Origin: Yuukianura sp. NJ FZ-2021 | Lineage: Eukaryota | Length of the DNA: 64,000 nt | Reading direction: 5' to 3' | Assembly: GCA_046563655.1 (NCBI GenBank) | Contig: JAJCTO010000010.1 | Location: 806,001-870,000, forward strand | Shown here: positions 22,290-34,856 of the stretch, piece by piece | Position numbering within the stretch: position 1 is the stretch's first letter | Layout of the letters: each line of letters opens with the position of its first letter | The notes under the pieces: model-generated | The model's input: only the letters and a program-made list of their open reading frames with translations | Databases searched by the model: none | Told to the model about the DNA's origin: nothing | Program-made: the position numbers and the translations under genes

Positions 22290-23627
22290 ATGCCACGCCG
22301 AGTAAAACTAGCAAGTGCACCATCCACACTACCGTTTACATTCATCCGTTCAGAGACACAACTGTTTCAAGAGCCACACTACAATGTCAGCTTGGTTTCA
22401 ACACACTCGTCAGAGCATTATCCAATCACGTCAATTAGTGATCAAACATTACCCTTGGAATTCTTCATTCAATCAAACGATGTTCAGTTTATCGATTTGA
22501 GCGAAACAAAGCTTTACGTTAAAGCCAGAGTGGTCAAACCAGATGGAAGACAACTCGAAGAAGCAACAGTTGTGGGAACAGTTAACAACTTTTTGCATTC
22601 AATGTTTCAACAAGCAGCCATCTATCTGAACGAAGTCTTGGTTACACCAGCAACAAACCATTATGCATACAGAAGCTATTTGGACACTCTACTTTCTTAC
22701 AACAGAGAGTATAAAAAGTCACAAGCTCAATGTGCCTTGTCCTATCGTGAAAACGATCCAGCATCTGTTCTTACCACCGACGAAGATGGCCTCAGTGAAC
22801 GCTACAAAGTGACAAAGGGAAGTCAAGTGTTTGAAATGATTGGTCGCCCGTTTTGCGACTTGTTTCTTCAAAACAAATACTTGATCCCTGGTATTGATAT
22901 GCGGGTATCATTCGCAAGATCGCCAACTGCCTTTTGCCTGTTTACTGGACAAACGACAAGTGCAACGGTTCGGATTGTTGAAGCCAAGCTTTTGATCAAA
23001 AAGCATGTTCTTCTGCCTACACTATTGAATGCAACAATTTCAGCGCTCCATGCTGGAAATCCTGCAACATATCCAATGAAACGTGTGGAACTCAAAGCCT
23101 ATTCTGTTGCTACGGGAGCTACCAACGATGTGAATGACACTGTGCTAAGCGGATTACTACCAGATCGAATTGTTGTGGGATTAGTTTCCTCAAAAGCCTA
23201 CAGTGGAGATATGAGGAGGAACCCATTTCGATTTCAAGATTTCAACCTCAATCGTGTGGAAGTTGCTATAAATGGAGACAACACAGCGTATCTACCTCTT
23301 CAATTGGATTTCAGTCAAAATCAATACATTCAACTCTACAACAACCTGTTTGAAGGACTCGAAGTTTCGAATGAAGACGTTGGCTAGGATATCACACGGG
23401 AAACATTTAAGAAACATCCTCTGCTAGTTTACAATCTTCGACACATTCGAGATTGATTTGCGCTCCCCAAGTACGGAAATGTGAAGATTGATCTGGCATT
23501 TAAAGAAGCTCTAACCGAGTCTGTCACGGTTATCGTCTATGCTGAGTATCAATCAGTGTTGTATATTGATAAAAGCAAGAACGCCTACTTCAAAGATTTT
23601 CCAAACTCTCCAGCAATCGAAGTATGA
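22290..23627 (+). pseudogene. Polinton major capsid protein (double jelly-roll) with two nonsense codons
   Basis: PLEFFI, IDLSETKLYV, VNNFLHSMF, YAYRSYLDTLL, LPDRIVVG, NPFRFQDF. In-frame TAG at 23385 and TGA at 23454; the frame then continues (YAEYQSVLYID) colinear with 38085..39437. Confidence 0.9.
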
Positions 23628-24148
23628 ACACCGAAGAAATTTATGGATACCTGAACTGCTTCTTGTCAGATAATAGTTGTACATTTAATGTAATACCCTG
23701 TGACTTGCTTGTAAATTTAAAAATTCAAAAATACCCAGTGTATTTAGTTTGTAATTCTGATGTTAGCTCTAAACCAGGGCAGCACTGGCTTGCACTTTAC
23801 CAGGCGGAAAAATCATGTCCTATCATTTTTATAGAGTCCTATGGAAGAGGAATCGAAAGCTACAATGAAGTATTTAGAAACTTTGTGAATATTAAATCTT
23901 CAAAACTTATTGATTCGGATAGAATTCTACAGAGCATCACCAGCGATGTTTGTGGTCACTATACAATTTACTTTCTTCATAAGCTATTTAAAGAAAATGG
24001 ATGTATTGGAAACATGTGTAGAAACTTTACAAATGATACTGTAGCAAATGATAAAATTGTTGTAAACTTTGTAAAGAAAAGAATTTGTAGACTTGGCTCT
24101 GTATTTCCACGCACTGTTCAGTGCTGCAAAAAATTTTGTGAACAATAA
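23624..24148 (+). CDS. Adenain-like cysteine protease
   Basis: NSD...PGQHWLALY, FIESYG, LQSITSDVCGHY. Confidence 0.9.
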   Translation: MNTEEIYGYLNCFLSDNSCTFNVIPCDLLVNLKIQKYPVYLVCNSDVSSKPGQHWLALYQAEKSCPIIFIESYGRGIESYNEVFRNFVNIKSSKLIDSDRILQSITSDVCGHYTIYFLHKLFKENGCIGNMCRNFTNDTVANDKIVVNFVKKRICRLGSVFPRTVQCCKKFCEQ

Positions 24149-24152
24149 ACTT

Positions 24153-24548
24153 TTATTCATTCGGTTTAAAAGTAACAGCTGCAACAATGAATTGCATTGC
24201 AAAAATTTCTTCAAAAATTAATAGATTTGACTTTGAATTGACAGAAAAGTTTTCAACACTATTAGCAACGTAAGAGTCCAATAAAGAATTTGAACATTTT
24301 CCAAGAATGTACGTCCACATGGATTCAGCATGTTCATCGTCTTCAAATCCTTGGAGTAGTGGGTATTCGGTAAAAATCTTGCTGCAGCCTTCCTTGGTTC
24401 TGATTTGCTGTGTATAGTCCACAAAGTTGTCCAATGCCTGGTGGAATTTGTTCTTTAAAATTGGTGACAAGAAATGGTAAACAGGAAACCGGCTCGCCCT
24501 CAAATCGAAACAAATAGCCATGACGGAAGCTGCAAAGTAACTGACCAT
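24153..24548 (-). CDS. Polinton accessory hypothetical protein
   Basis: ATG-started 131-aa ORF convergent with the protease; similar to 1249..1761. Confidence 0.55.
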   Translation of the reverse strand: MVSYFAASVMAICFDLRASRFPVYHFLSPILKNKFHQALDNFVDYTQQIRTKEGCSKIFTEYPLLQGFEDDEHAESMWTYILGKCSNSLLDSYVANSVENFSVNSKSNLLIFEEIFAMQFIVAAVTFKPNE

Positions 24549-24624
24549 TTAGACTTCGACGCCACCTTTTAAATCGTCTTGCTAATGCGACTAATTAATG
24601 AACACAGATGGCGTTTAATTTACT

Positions 24625-24860
24625 GTCACGGAAGCAACAGGAAGTGTTTAATTGGACACAGGAAGTGCTAATTAGTGTGCGCAGGAAGTATTTAATTAGT
24701 CATGAAGGAAGTCTTAATTGATTTTAATTAGTCTTAATTAATCTGCCTTTGATATTAATTAGGCTTAATTAACAGCTGACTCGGGCTAGAACTCATGCTG
24801 TGAAAAAGCTTATGGGTCCAAAGGTTGATTTGACTCGAAAGTCCTATCCTACCTCCTACT
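24625..24860. repeat. Polinton terminal region with GGAAGT/TAATT subterminal repeats
   Basis: Four aggaagt..taatt units at about 24638-24720. Shares blocks with 4350-4496. Confidence 0.7.
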
Positions 24861-24905
24861 AAGACACTGAATTTATGCATACTATTAAAAATGTAAAAAA
24901 AAAGA

Positions 24906-25344
24906 AAACGAATTTCGGAGCTGGACGTTGACATTACGGAGGTGGACGCCATCGACATGCAAGATGAGACAAAGACTGGCGACAAATTGAAGCTAGCGGT
25001 TGGAGCCCGCTGCATGTTAACCAAGAATCTTTTTGTCGCAGCAGGTATACCATAGTATCCTTATTAATTTTAAAAAGACTAATTTCTGATTTTTCTAAAC
25101 AGGAGTTTACAACGGAGCACTAGTCACAGTCACTCAGATTTCAACCGAAGTAGACGAAAACGGAGTTCCAAGTTTCGTTTTCGTCCGTCCCGACACATAT
25201 TTTCGTGTTCCATACCCACTCAGGAGAGATATTCCTATAGTTCCGCTCGTGATGCCATACTATGACAAGTATGCGGAAAGAACTTACCAAAGAAAGTTAT
25301 TCCCATTGCAACTGGCTTGGGGAATGACATGTGACAAGGCACAG
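24906..25344 (+). pseudogene. Pif1-family helicase fragment (Helitron-like), two exons
   Basis: LKLAVGARCMLTKN...AA(G)|VYNG and RKLFPLQLAWGMTCDKAQ. Intron 25045-25102 (gtatac...aacag); next donor gtaaat at 25345. Confidence 0.8.
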
Positions 25345-25409
25345 GTAAATTACCTAAAGACTATGCTAAAAACATTTGATCATTTACATTACATTTGATC
25401 ATTTGATCA

Positions 25410-26400
25410 TTCTACGAATCTGTCCTCATCAGTTCTGAATCAGAAAATCTAAATCGAGACAATGGAATGAGAATTAACCCTATTTGGAAATCTCTCCTCG
25501 TACCTATGGCAAAGAAACTACACAAACGAAAATGTCTCACGTCAACAAACGCCAATTAAATTTCGCACAAGTTTAGTTCGTAGTTTTTTCCTTAAAAAAT
25601 TTCTTTAAAAGTTTTTATTCCCTGAAGAAGGACATAGATAATTGTCCGAAAGCTTGGATCTTTTTGAATAAAGATTTAAAAGTTAAAACATCAACTGGCG
25701 ATATTCCGATCTAAAATGCAATTTAATATTGAGTTGACCAGTTGGAAGGAGGTAAAAACATACGTCAAGACACACTACGGAAAGTGTTACATAAAAATAG
25801 TGAAAAAATACGAATTTCTCCAAACCAAAATGATGAAAACCAAAAACAATATTGTCTTCCTCAAGAGATGTAAGCGTGATAGAATAACACCAAAATTTCT
25901 AAAAATCAAGAACAATTGGTCACACCTGACGAAAAGTACGAAGCTCCTTGATTCCATCGAACAGCGTCTACTCAGACTACAAATCGACCACTGTTTTAAA
26001 ATTCGGAAAATACTGGAATCACAACTTGAACAAATCGAAATCCAACTCGTCACGAATTTAGAGACTCAAATTCTCGTCTCCATTTTTGAAAAAATTGATA
26101 TTACAGTCAACAACCAAAATTCCAGAATGAAAGCAAGACATCAGAAAAAATTTGCGAATTTACTCAGCAAAGGAACTGGAAATGACTTTGAAATGGACAC
26201 CAATGATTTAAATTTGTTCCAAACTATTCCAAGCACGGAAAATTTATCTCATCGAAAGTTTACTCCCACAGAAGAAAAAGTCTTAAATTTGGGACTTAAT
26301 TTTGCCGTACCTGAAAATAATTTCAACAAGAAAGTTTTTGATACAATAATCAACACGGAATTACAATTCCCTCGAGAAAATGGCGAAAACCAAATAAGTC
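25410..26400 (+). mobile_element. Penelope-like element fragment: pseudo-LTR (GIY-YIG tail and 3' UTR) followed by the ORF N-terminus
   Basis: FYESVLI...NLNRDNGMRINPIWKSLL at about 25410-25500. ORF from 25716 has FLKRCK...TPKFL and NLSHRKFTPTEEKVLNLGLNFAVP. RT is absent. Confidence 0.85.
25612..25673 (+). ncRNA. Minimal hammerhead ribozyme motif in the Penelope pseudo-LTR
   Basis: CUGAAGA at 25622-25628, stem II GGACA/UGUCC, GAAA at 25648-25651, then palindromic AAGCUU. Confidence 0.75.
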
Positions 26401-27600
26401 ATAACAATACAGCCGAATATTTTAAATTTTACATACGATTTGGTTTTTGGATTTGTACAAAAATTTGTACACATATTCGTGTTTTTTTCATTTTTTTGTG
26501 AGCAATCGAGGTAGTACTCAACCTGTTAAAGAGAATTCATTTTTCGTTGTCATTACAGACAAATCACTAATTCATGATTTGTCTTTGTTTCAGTAGTGAC
26601 AACATGTGTCGTGGGTGCAGGGATTCGGTGGTTGATTCGGTGGGTTCGGGAGTGGAACGAGCCCCACCAACATCGGGGATTTAGGCCCCGCCCACCAACA
26701 CCACATCCAGCTCCGCCTGCTGCCCCACGGCGTGCCACCACTGCCCCACCCCAGCTGCCCCACCGTCCAGCTCCACCAGCAGCAGCAGCCAACAACTTGG
26801 CCCCACTACAGCCACCACCGTGGGGAGACTACCCAAGTCTCACAAGCCCCACGATGGTGCAGCACCTGGAGCCGTTACGGCAGTCGGCAAGACTGGCTGC
26901 CAAGAGGCAGCATCCAGGATATTCCCGGCCAAGGCAAGGTTTGTTTTTGTTTTTATTAAGTAGCGAAAGCTACTTTATGCAGAATCTGCAATGCAATTTT
27001 ATTTGCAAGTAAACAGAATGAGAGTGGAGAGTAGAGTGGAGAGTGCGGACGTAGAAGTAGACATCCGCATCTCTCTCCATTGTCATTCTGTTTGCTTGCA
27101 AAAAACTGCATTGCAGATTTTTGCAACTTTTTTTTTAATCAAATTTTGTTTTTATTTCAGGTACCGGTACTAGGTACCAAGGACCCAGCACCAGCACCAA
27201 TCCATTTCTTCGCGGGAACATGGTTTCGTTCCCATTTGCGGTTACAAATCCGCAGTATTCAGCACTGGATCTAAATCCTACGGGATTAGTTTCCAGTGCT
27301 GAAGAAACGTCATTTGTTTAATGGCAAATGGGAATGAACCATGTTCATTAAGTTAGGTTTCCTTTTCCAGTTATTTTCGGTTTCAAATTCAATGCTCCTC
27401 AAAAGAAGAGCTTAGCCAAATAAAGTACAAGGCATAACATTGAATTTGGAACCGAAAATAACTGGAAAACGATAGTTAGTTAAAAATTTTTGCACATTTT
27501 TTTTCAAAATTTTTGCACTTTTTGAAATAATAAAATTATATGCGGCCTGCCATTTACTTGTAGTTGTTTTTTTTACTCAGGATGTCATGATTGCCACAGT

Positions 27601-27664
27601 TGCCTGGTGGTGTAGAGCGACAGTAACAAAATAGAGAGACGGAGAGCGACGCGAGTTCGAATCT
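27601..27664 (+). other. Degenerate tRNA-derived Pol III promoter-like sequence
   Basis: A-box-like TGGTGTAGAGCG and B-box-like GAGTTCGAATC followed by T-runs. No convincing cloverleaf. Confidence 0.4.
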
Positions 27665-28792
27665 TTAAAAGTTTTTTTATTTTTAGATTTTTTTTATTTT
27701 TTAGAATTTTTTTTTAAATTATGAATAATATTTAAGAATAATTAATAATCTAAATCTGCATATAATATTTTTACAATTGTTAATTATTTTTTGATTTGAG
27801 CGGGGTGAACGGACAGGGGCTGGGGGTGTAGGGAGGGGGGCTTGACCTATTTTCTTTTAGTAAACAGTTACCACTAACTGAGGTCAAAATTTCAAAATTT
27901 ATGAAAAACTAAGGAGGGAGGGGAGTCATTTGGTTCAACATTGCGTTGACCTTGACTGACCTCAACCTAAAATTTGAGTTTGTAAAAACTCTAAACAAAA
28001 CCCAGACACTTTCTTAAGAATTTCCATTTTGGTAATAAATTACCTCTGAAATTTCTTTAACTTTTTATGTCGACTCCAGTTTCGCAAATACAAGTTAAAG
28101 AAAGATTTTCAGTGAGAAAATTAACCTCTGAGATTTGCTGAAACATGCGGGAGACTTCAAAGTTATTGCAAATTCATGTAATAATTGCCCACTAATTGCA
28201 TCTGATTCTTTAAAATAAAAACTAAAATCATGATTCCTTGTGCGCCACGATTGAATTTGCTCTTACGGTGGCGTAGATCCCTCAACCGCGCAAATTCAAA
28301 CTCAAAAAAGCAGTCGGCGAAAGCGATCGAACTGTAGAGTTAAAATGGTGTGCGACATGGTCTTTTCATGAAAAATAAATTTGTTTTACAAAAAGTTGCA
28401 AAAAGATTCATTTTTAACTAATAAATTCAAAATCATGTCAAAAATTCAAAATTCCAAAAAGGAAACAGAAGTTGCCAACAAATCACCAAGCTGAAAAGCG
28501 TAAACTAGTTTCCTTCACCTCAACATAAACAAGGTCAACGAACCTAAGAGGTGACTCATGGAACAAAAGTAAGCTGACCTTTGACCTTTTTGCAATTTGC
28601 AAATTTGGTTCTGTTATGTTCCATGCCCGCTCCTCAACATTCCTAAATTTTACATTATTTCATTTTTCAATTTTCTATTTTACTTAATTTTATTTTTATT
28701 TTTCTAGGTGAACTTTGAGACGCTGATGGACTGCCGCATTCCCACCGAACTCCAACGAACTCAGGAGAGTTCTTCTTCTCAGGAGGGAGGAA

Positions 28793-29203
28793 TGTGATGA
28801 AAAGAAGTCAGCGACCTCTCAGTTCACGTCAAATTGCATAATTAGTTTTTATAGTTAAAAGTCACTTTTGTCTTGTGTTAAAAATAGATTGTAAGTTTGC
28901 AAATATTCTAATTTGGAGTTAGATTTGCTCTTGTTTTACTCCAGTGGTATCCGGTCTGGGCCCTATAAAAGGACCCAGCACCGCCTGTACATACAACTCA
29001 TTCTATCTCGTGACTCTGCTCCACTTGGAACAGAGTTCACCTTTCCTTGTCGCCAGTTGACCTCTGCGAGGTCAAACTGGACTTTCCAATTTCATTTACT
29101 TTGAATAAAAAGTTCATTTCTACCTTCCCCCACGGAAGGCAAAACAAACTTTGTAGTGTGTTGTGTCTTTTATTTTAGGCCGAAAGGCCTTGTTTTCACC
29201 ACA
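28793..29203 (+). mobile_element. 3' LTR (411 bp) with upstream PPT; element body not recognisable
   Basis: Termini tgtgatgaaaa...ttttcaccaca. PPT aggagggaggaa immediately 5'. TATAAAA at about 28964 and AATAAA at about 29104. Confidence 0.75.
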
Positions 29204-29289
29204 TAACTGTAAAACTAGAATTGAAATATGAATAAGTAAACCTAGGAAATAACCTAAAGAATTGAACTGATCAGTTCACCCACCAACGC

Positions 29290-32200
29290 GAAGCTAGCTC
29301 TATGTGAAACATATTCGACTGTTCCGCCTTAAGTACTCCAGGGCAAAGGGCCCTAAAACCACGACACCGACAAATTTGTATTAGTAGTCTTCCACAGCCT
29401 GTCGAAGACATGCGTCTGCAAAAGACTAAAAGTGGGTTTTCCACAAATTGAAGTCCAGCCGTTGGTGTAACATACAAACCCTGTTATGATGCCATGTATC
29501 GCGTTTGAAAATGAATTTGTCAAATGGCCGAAAAACTTTCCACTTAAATTTGATATAAAGAGAAATGTTAGAGCAGGCTACTCAGATACGTTGTAACTTG
29601 ATATACTAAGCCGCACTGAGGTTTCAAAATCAGTGCCCTAACCTATTTACGCTGAAACTTACGTTAGATTAGCAAGACAGAGACCGCGCTAGAAGCTAGC
29701 TCTATGTGAAACATATTCGACTGTTCCGCCTTAAGTACTCCAGCGCAAAGGGCCCTAAAAACACGACACCGACAAATTTGTATCAATAGAGTTCCACAGC
29801 CTGTCGCAGACATGCGTCTGCAAAAGACTAAAAGTGGGTTTTCCGCAAATTGAAGTCCAGCCGTTGGTGTAACATACAAACTTTGTTATGATGCCATGTA
29901 TCGCGTTTGACAATGAATTTGTCAAATGGCCGGAAAACTTTCCACTTAAATTTGATACAAAGAGAAATGTTAGAGCAGGCTACTCAAATACGTTGTAACT
30001 TGATATACTAAGCCGCAATGAGGTTTCAAAATCAGTGCACTAACCTATTTACGCTGAAACTTACGTTAGAGTAGCAAGACAGAGACCGCGCTAGAAACTG
30101 GCTCTTCGTGAAACATATTCGACTGTTCCGCCTTAAGTACTCCAGCGCAAAGGGCCCTAAAAACACGACACCCACAAATTTGTATCAATAGTCTTCCACA
30201 GCCTTTCGCAGATATGCGTCTGCAAAAGACTAAAAGTGGGTTTTCTACACATTGAAGTCCAGCCGTTGGTGTAACATACAAACATTGTTATGATGTCATG
30301 TTACGCGTTCGACACTGAATTTGTCAAATGGCCGGGAAACTTTCCACTTAAATTTGATACAAAGAGAAATGTTAGAGAAGGCTACTCAGATACGTTGTAA
30401 CTTGATATACTAAGCCGCACTGAGGTTTCAAAATCAGTGCCCTAACCTATTTACGCTGAAACTTACGTTAGAGTAGCAAGACAGAGACCGCGCTAGAAAC
30501 TGGCTCTTCGTGAAACATATTCGACTGTTCCGCCTTAAGTACTCCAGGCAAAGGGCCCTAAAAATACGACACCGACAAATTTGTATCAATAGCCTTCCAC
30601 AGCCTTTCGCAGATATGCGTCTGCAAAAGACTAAAAGTGGGTTTTCTACACATTGAAGTCCAGCCGTTGGTGTAACATACAAACATTGTTATGATGTCAT
30701 GTTACGCGTTCGACAATGAATTTGTCAAATGGCCGGGAAACTTTCCACTTAAATTTGATACAAAGAGATATGTTAGAGCAGGCTACTCAGATACGTTGTA
30801 ACTTGATATACTAAGCCGCACTGAGGTTTCAAAATCAGTGCCCTAACCTATTTACGCTGAAACTTACGTTAGATTAGCAAGACAGAGACCGCGCTAGAAG
30901 CTAGCTCTATGTGAAACATATTCGACTGTTCCGCCTTAAGTACTCCAGCGCAAAGGGCCCTAAAAACACGACACCGACAAATTTGTATCAATAGTCTTCC
31001 ACAGCCTTTCGCAGATATGCGTCTGCAAAAGACTAAAAGTGGGTTTTCTACACATTGAAGTCCAGTCGCTGGTGTAACATACAAACATTGTTATGATTTC
31101 ATGTTACGCGTTCGACAATGAATTTGTCAAATGGCCAGGAAACTTTCCACTTAAATTTGATACAAAGAGATATGTTAGAGCAGGCTACTCAGATACGTTG
31201 TAACTTGATATACTAAGCCGCACTGAGGTTTCAAAATCAGTGAACTAACCTATTTACGCTGAAACTTACGTTAGATTAGCAAGACAGAGACCGCGCTAGA
31301 AGCTAGCTCTATGTGAAACATATTCGACTGTTCCGCCTTAAGTACTCCAGCGCATAGGGCCCTAAAAACACGACACCCACCAATTTGTATCAATAGTCTT
31401 CCACAGCCTTTCGCAGATATGCGTCTGCAAAAGACTAAAAGTGGGTTTTCCACAAATTGAAGTCCAGTCGCTGGTGTAACATACAAACTGTGTTATGATG
31501 CCATGTGACGCGCTTGACAATAAATTTGTCAAATGGCCGGGGAACTTTCCACTTAAATTTGATACAAAGAGATATGTTAGAGCAGGCTACTCAGATACGT
31601 TGTAACTTGATATACTAAGCCGCACTGAGGTTTCAAAGTCAGTGCCCTAACCTATTTACGCTGAAACTTACGTTAGATTAGCAAGACAGAGACCGCGCTA
31701 GTAGCTAGCTCTATGTGAAACATATTCGACTGTTCCGCCTTAAGTACTCCAGTGCAAAGGGCCCTAAAAACACGACACCGACAAATTTGTATCAATAGTT
31801 TTCCACAGCCTGTCGCAGACATGCGTCTGCAAAAGACTAAAAGTGGGTTTTCCACAAATTGAAGTCCAGCCGTTGGTGTAACATACAAACTTTGTTATGA
31901 TGCCATGTATCGCGTTTGACAATGAATTTATCAAATGGCCGGAAAACTTTCCAGTTAAATTTGATATAAAGAGAAATGTTAGAGCAGGCTACTCAGATAC
32001 GTTGTAACTTGATATACTAAGCCGCACTGAGGTTTCAAAATCAGTGCCCTAACCTATTTACGCTGAAACTTACGTTAGATTAGCAAGACAGAGACCGCGC
32101 TAGAAGCTAGCTCTATGTGAAACATATTCGACTGTTCCGCATTAAGTACTCTAGCGCAAAGGGCCCTAAAAACACGACACCCACAAATTTGTATCAATAG

Positions 32201-34838
32201 TCTTCCACAGCCTGTCGCAGACATGCGTCTGCAAAACACTAAAAGTGGGTTTTCCACAAACTGAAGTCCAGTCGCTGGTGTAACATACAAACTGTGTTAT
32301 GATGCCATGTGACGCGTTTGACAATAAATTTGTCAAATGGCCGGGGAACCTTCCACTTAAATTTGATACAAAGAGAAATGTTAGAGCAGGCTACTCAGAT
32401 ACGTTGTAACTTGATATACTAAGCCGCACTGAGGTTTCAAAATCAGTGCCGTAACCTACTTACGCTGAAACTTACGTTAGATTAGCAAGACAGAGACCGC
32501 GCTAGTAGCTAGCTCTATGTGAAACATATTCGACTGTTCCGCCTTAAGTACTCCAGTGCAAAGGGCCCTAAAAACACGACACCGACAAATTTGTATCAAT
32601 AGTTTTCCACAGCCTGTCGCAGACATGCGTCTGCAAAAGACTAAAAGTGGGTTTTCCACAAATTGAAGTCCAGCCGTTGGTGTAACATACAAACTTTGTT
32701 ATGATGCCATGTATCGCGTTTGACAATGAATTTGTCAAATGGCCGGAAAACTTTCCACTTAAATTTGATATAAAGAGAAATGTTAGAGCAGGCTACTCAG
32801 ATACGTTGTAACTTGATATACTAAGCCGCACTGAGGTTTCAAAATCAGTGCCGTAACCTACTTACGCTGAAACTTACGTTAGATTAGCAAGACAGAGACC
32901 GCGCTAGTAGCTAGCTCTATGTGAAACATATTCGACTGTTCCGCCTTAAGTACTCCAGTGCAAAGGGCCCTAAAAACACGACACCGACAAATTTGTATCA
33001 ATAGTTTTCCACAGCCTGTCGCAGACATGCGTCTGCAAAAGACTAAAAGTGGGTTTTCCACAAATTGAAGTCCAGCCGTTGGTGTAACATACAAACTTTG
33101 TTATGATGCCATGTATCGCGTTTGACAATGAATTTATCAAATGGCCGGAAAACTTTCCACTTAAATTTGATATAAAGAGAAATGTTAGAGCAGGCTACTC
33201 AGACACGTTGTAACTTGATATACTAAGCCGCACTGAGGTTTCAAAATCAGTGCCGTAACCTACTTACGCTGAAACTTACGTTAGATTAGCAAGACAGAGA
33301 CCGCGCTAGAAGCTAGCTCTATGTGAAACATATTCGACTGTTCCGCCTTAAGTACTCCAGCGCAAAGGGCCCTAAAAACACGACACCCACAAATTTGTAT
33401 CAATAGTCTTCCACAGCCTGTCGCAGACATGCGTCTGCAAAACACTAAAAGTGGGTTTTCCACAAATTGAAGTCCAGTCGCTGGTGTAACATACAAACTG
33501 TGTTATGATGCCATGTGACGCGTTTGACAATAAATTTGTCAAATGGCCGGGGAACTTTCCAGTTAAATTTGATACAAAGAGAAATGTTAGAGCAGGCTAC
33601 TCAGATACGTTGTAACTTGATATACTAAGCCGCACTGAGGTTTCAAAATCAGTGCCGTAACCTACTTACGCTGAAACTTACGTTAGATTAGCAAGACAGA
33701 GACCGCGCTAGTAGCTAGCTCTATGTGAAACATATTCGACTGTTCCGCCTTAAGTACTCCAGTGCAAAGGGCCCTAAAAACACGACACCGACAAATTTGT
33801 ATCAATAGTTTTCCACAGCCTGTCGCAGACATGCGTCTGCAAAAGACTAAAAGTGGGTTTTCCACAAATTGAAGTCCAGCCGTTGGTGTAACATACAAAC
33901 TTTGTTATGATGCCATGTATCGCGTTTGACAATGAATTTATCAAATGGCCGGAAAACTTTCCAGTTAAATTTGATATAAAGAGAAATGTTAGAGCAGGCT
34001 ACTCAGATACGTTGTAACTTGATATACTAAGCCGCACTGAGGTTTCAAAATCAGTGCCCTAACCTATTTACGCTGAAACTTACGTTAGATTAGCAAGACA
34101 GAGACCGCGCTAGAAGCTAGCTCTATGTGAAACATATTCGACTGTTCCGCCTTAAGTACTCCAGCGCAAAGGGCCCTAAAAACACGACACCCACAAATTT
34201 GTATCAATAGTCTTCCACAGCCTGTCGCAGACATGCGTCTGCAAAACACTAAAAGTGGGTTTTCCACAAACTGAAGTCCAGTCGCTGGTGTAACATACAA
34301 ACTGTGTTATGATGCCATGTGACGCGTTTGACAATAAATTTGTCAAATGGCCGGGGAACTTTCCACTTAAATTTGATACAAAGAGAAATGTTAGAGCAGG
34401 CTACTCAGATACGTTGTAACTTGTTATACTAAGCCGCACTGAGGTTTCAAAATCAGTGCCGTAACCTACTTACGCTGAAACTTACGTTAGATTAGCAAGA
34501 CAGAGACCGCGCTAGAAGCTAGCTCTATGTGAAACATATTCGACTGTTCCGCCTTAAGCACTCCAGCGCAAATTGCCCTAAAAACACGACACCGACAAAT
34601 TTGTATCAATAGTCTTCCACAGCCTGTCGCAGACATGCGTCTGCAAAAGACTAAAAGTGGGTTTTCCACAAATTGAAGTCCAGTCGCTGGTGTAACATAC
34701 AAACCCTGTTATGATGCCATGTATCGCGTTTGAAAATGAATTTGTCAAATGGCCGAAAAACTTTCCACTTAAATTTGATACAAAGAGAAATGTTAGAGCA
34801 GGCTACTCAGATACGTTGTAACTTGATATACTAAGCCG
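29290..34838. repeat. Tandem satellite, 402-bp unit, about 14 copies
   Basis: Homologous positions recur every 402 bp (one 401-bp unit). Units differ by scattered substitutions. Confidence 0.97.
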
Positions 34839-34856
34839 GCAATTCTATATCAAGAT

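Larger units (their letters stand above)
21058..24860 (+). mobile_element. Polinton/Maverick B: morphogenesis module and right terminus
   Basis: Gene order penton-core-MCP-protease with ATGA overlaps, a convergent accessory ORF, subterminal repeats, and terminus ...ctacctcctact. Confidence 0.85.

Noticed and set aside
26553..27274. Host gene exons in a Pro/Ala-rich stretch
   Set aside because: Some splice-like signals, but I could not build a coherent model or recognise a domain.
29271..34702. Repeated ~71-aa ORFs (MYVTP...) as a gene array
   Set aside because: One per satellite unit, no recognisable domain, and one unit is frameshifted; best explained as a by-product of the repeat.
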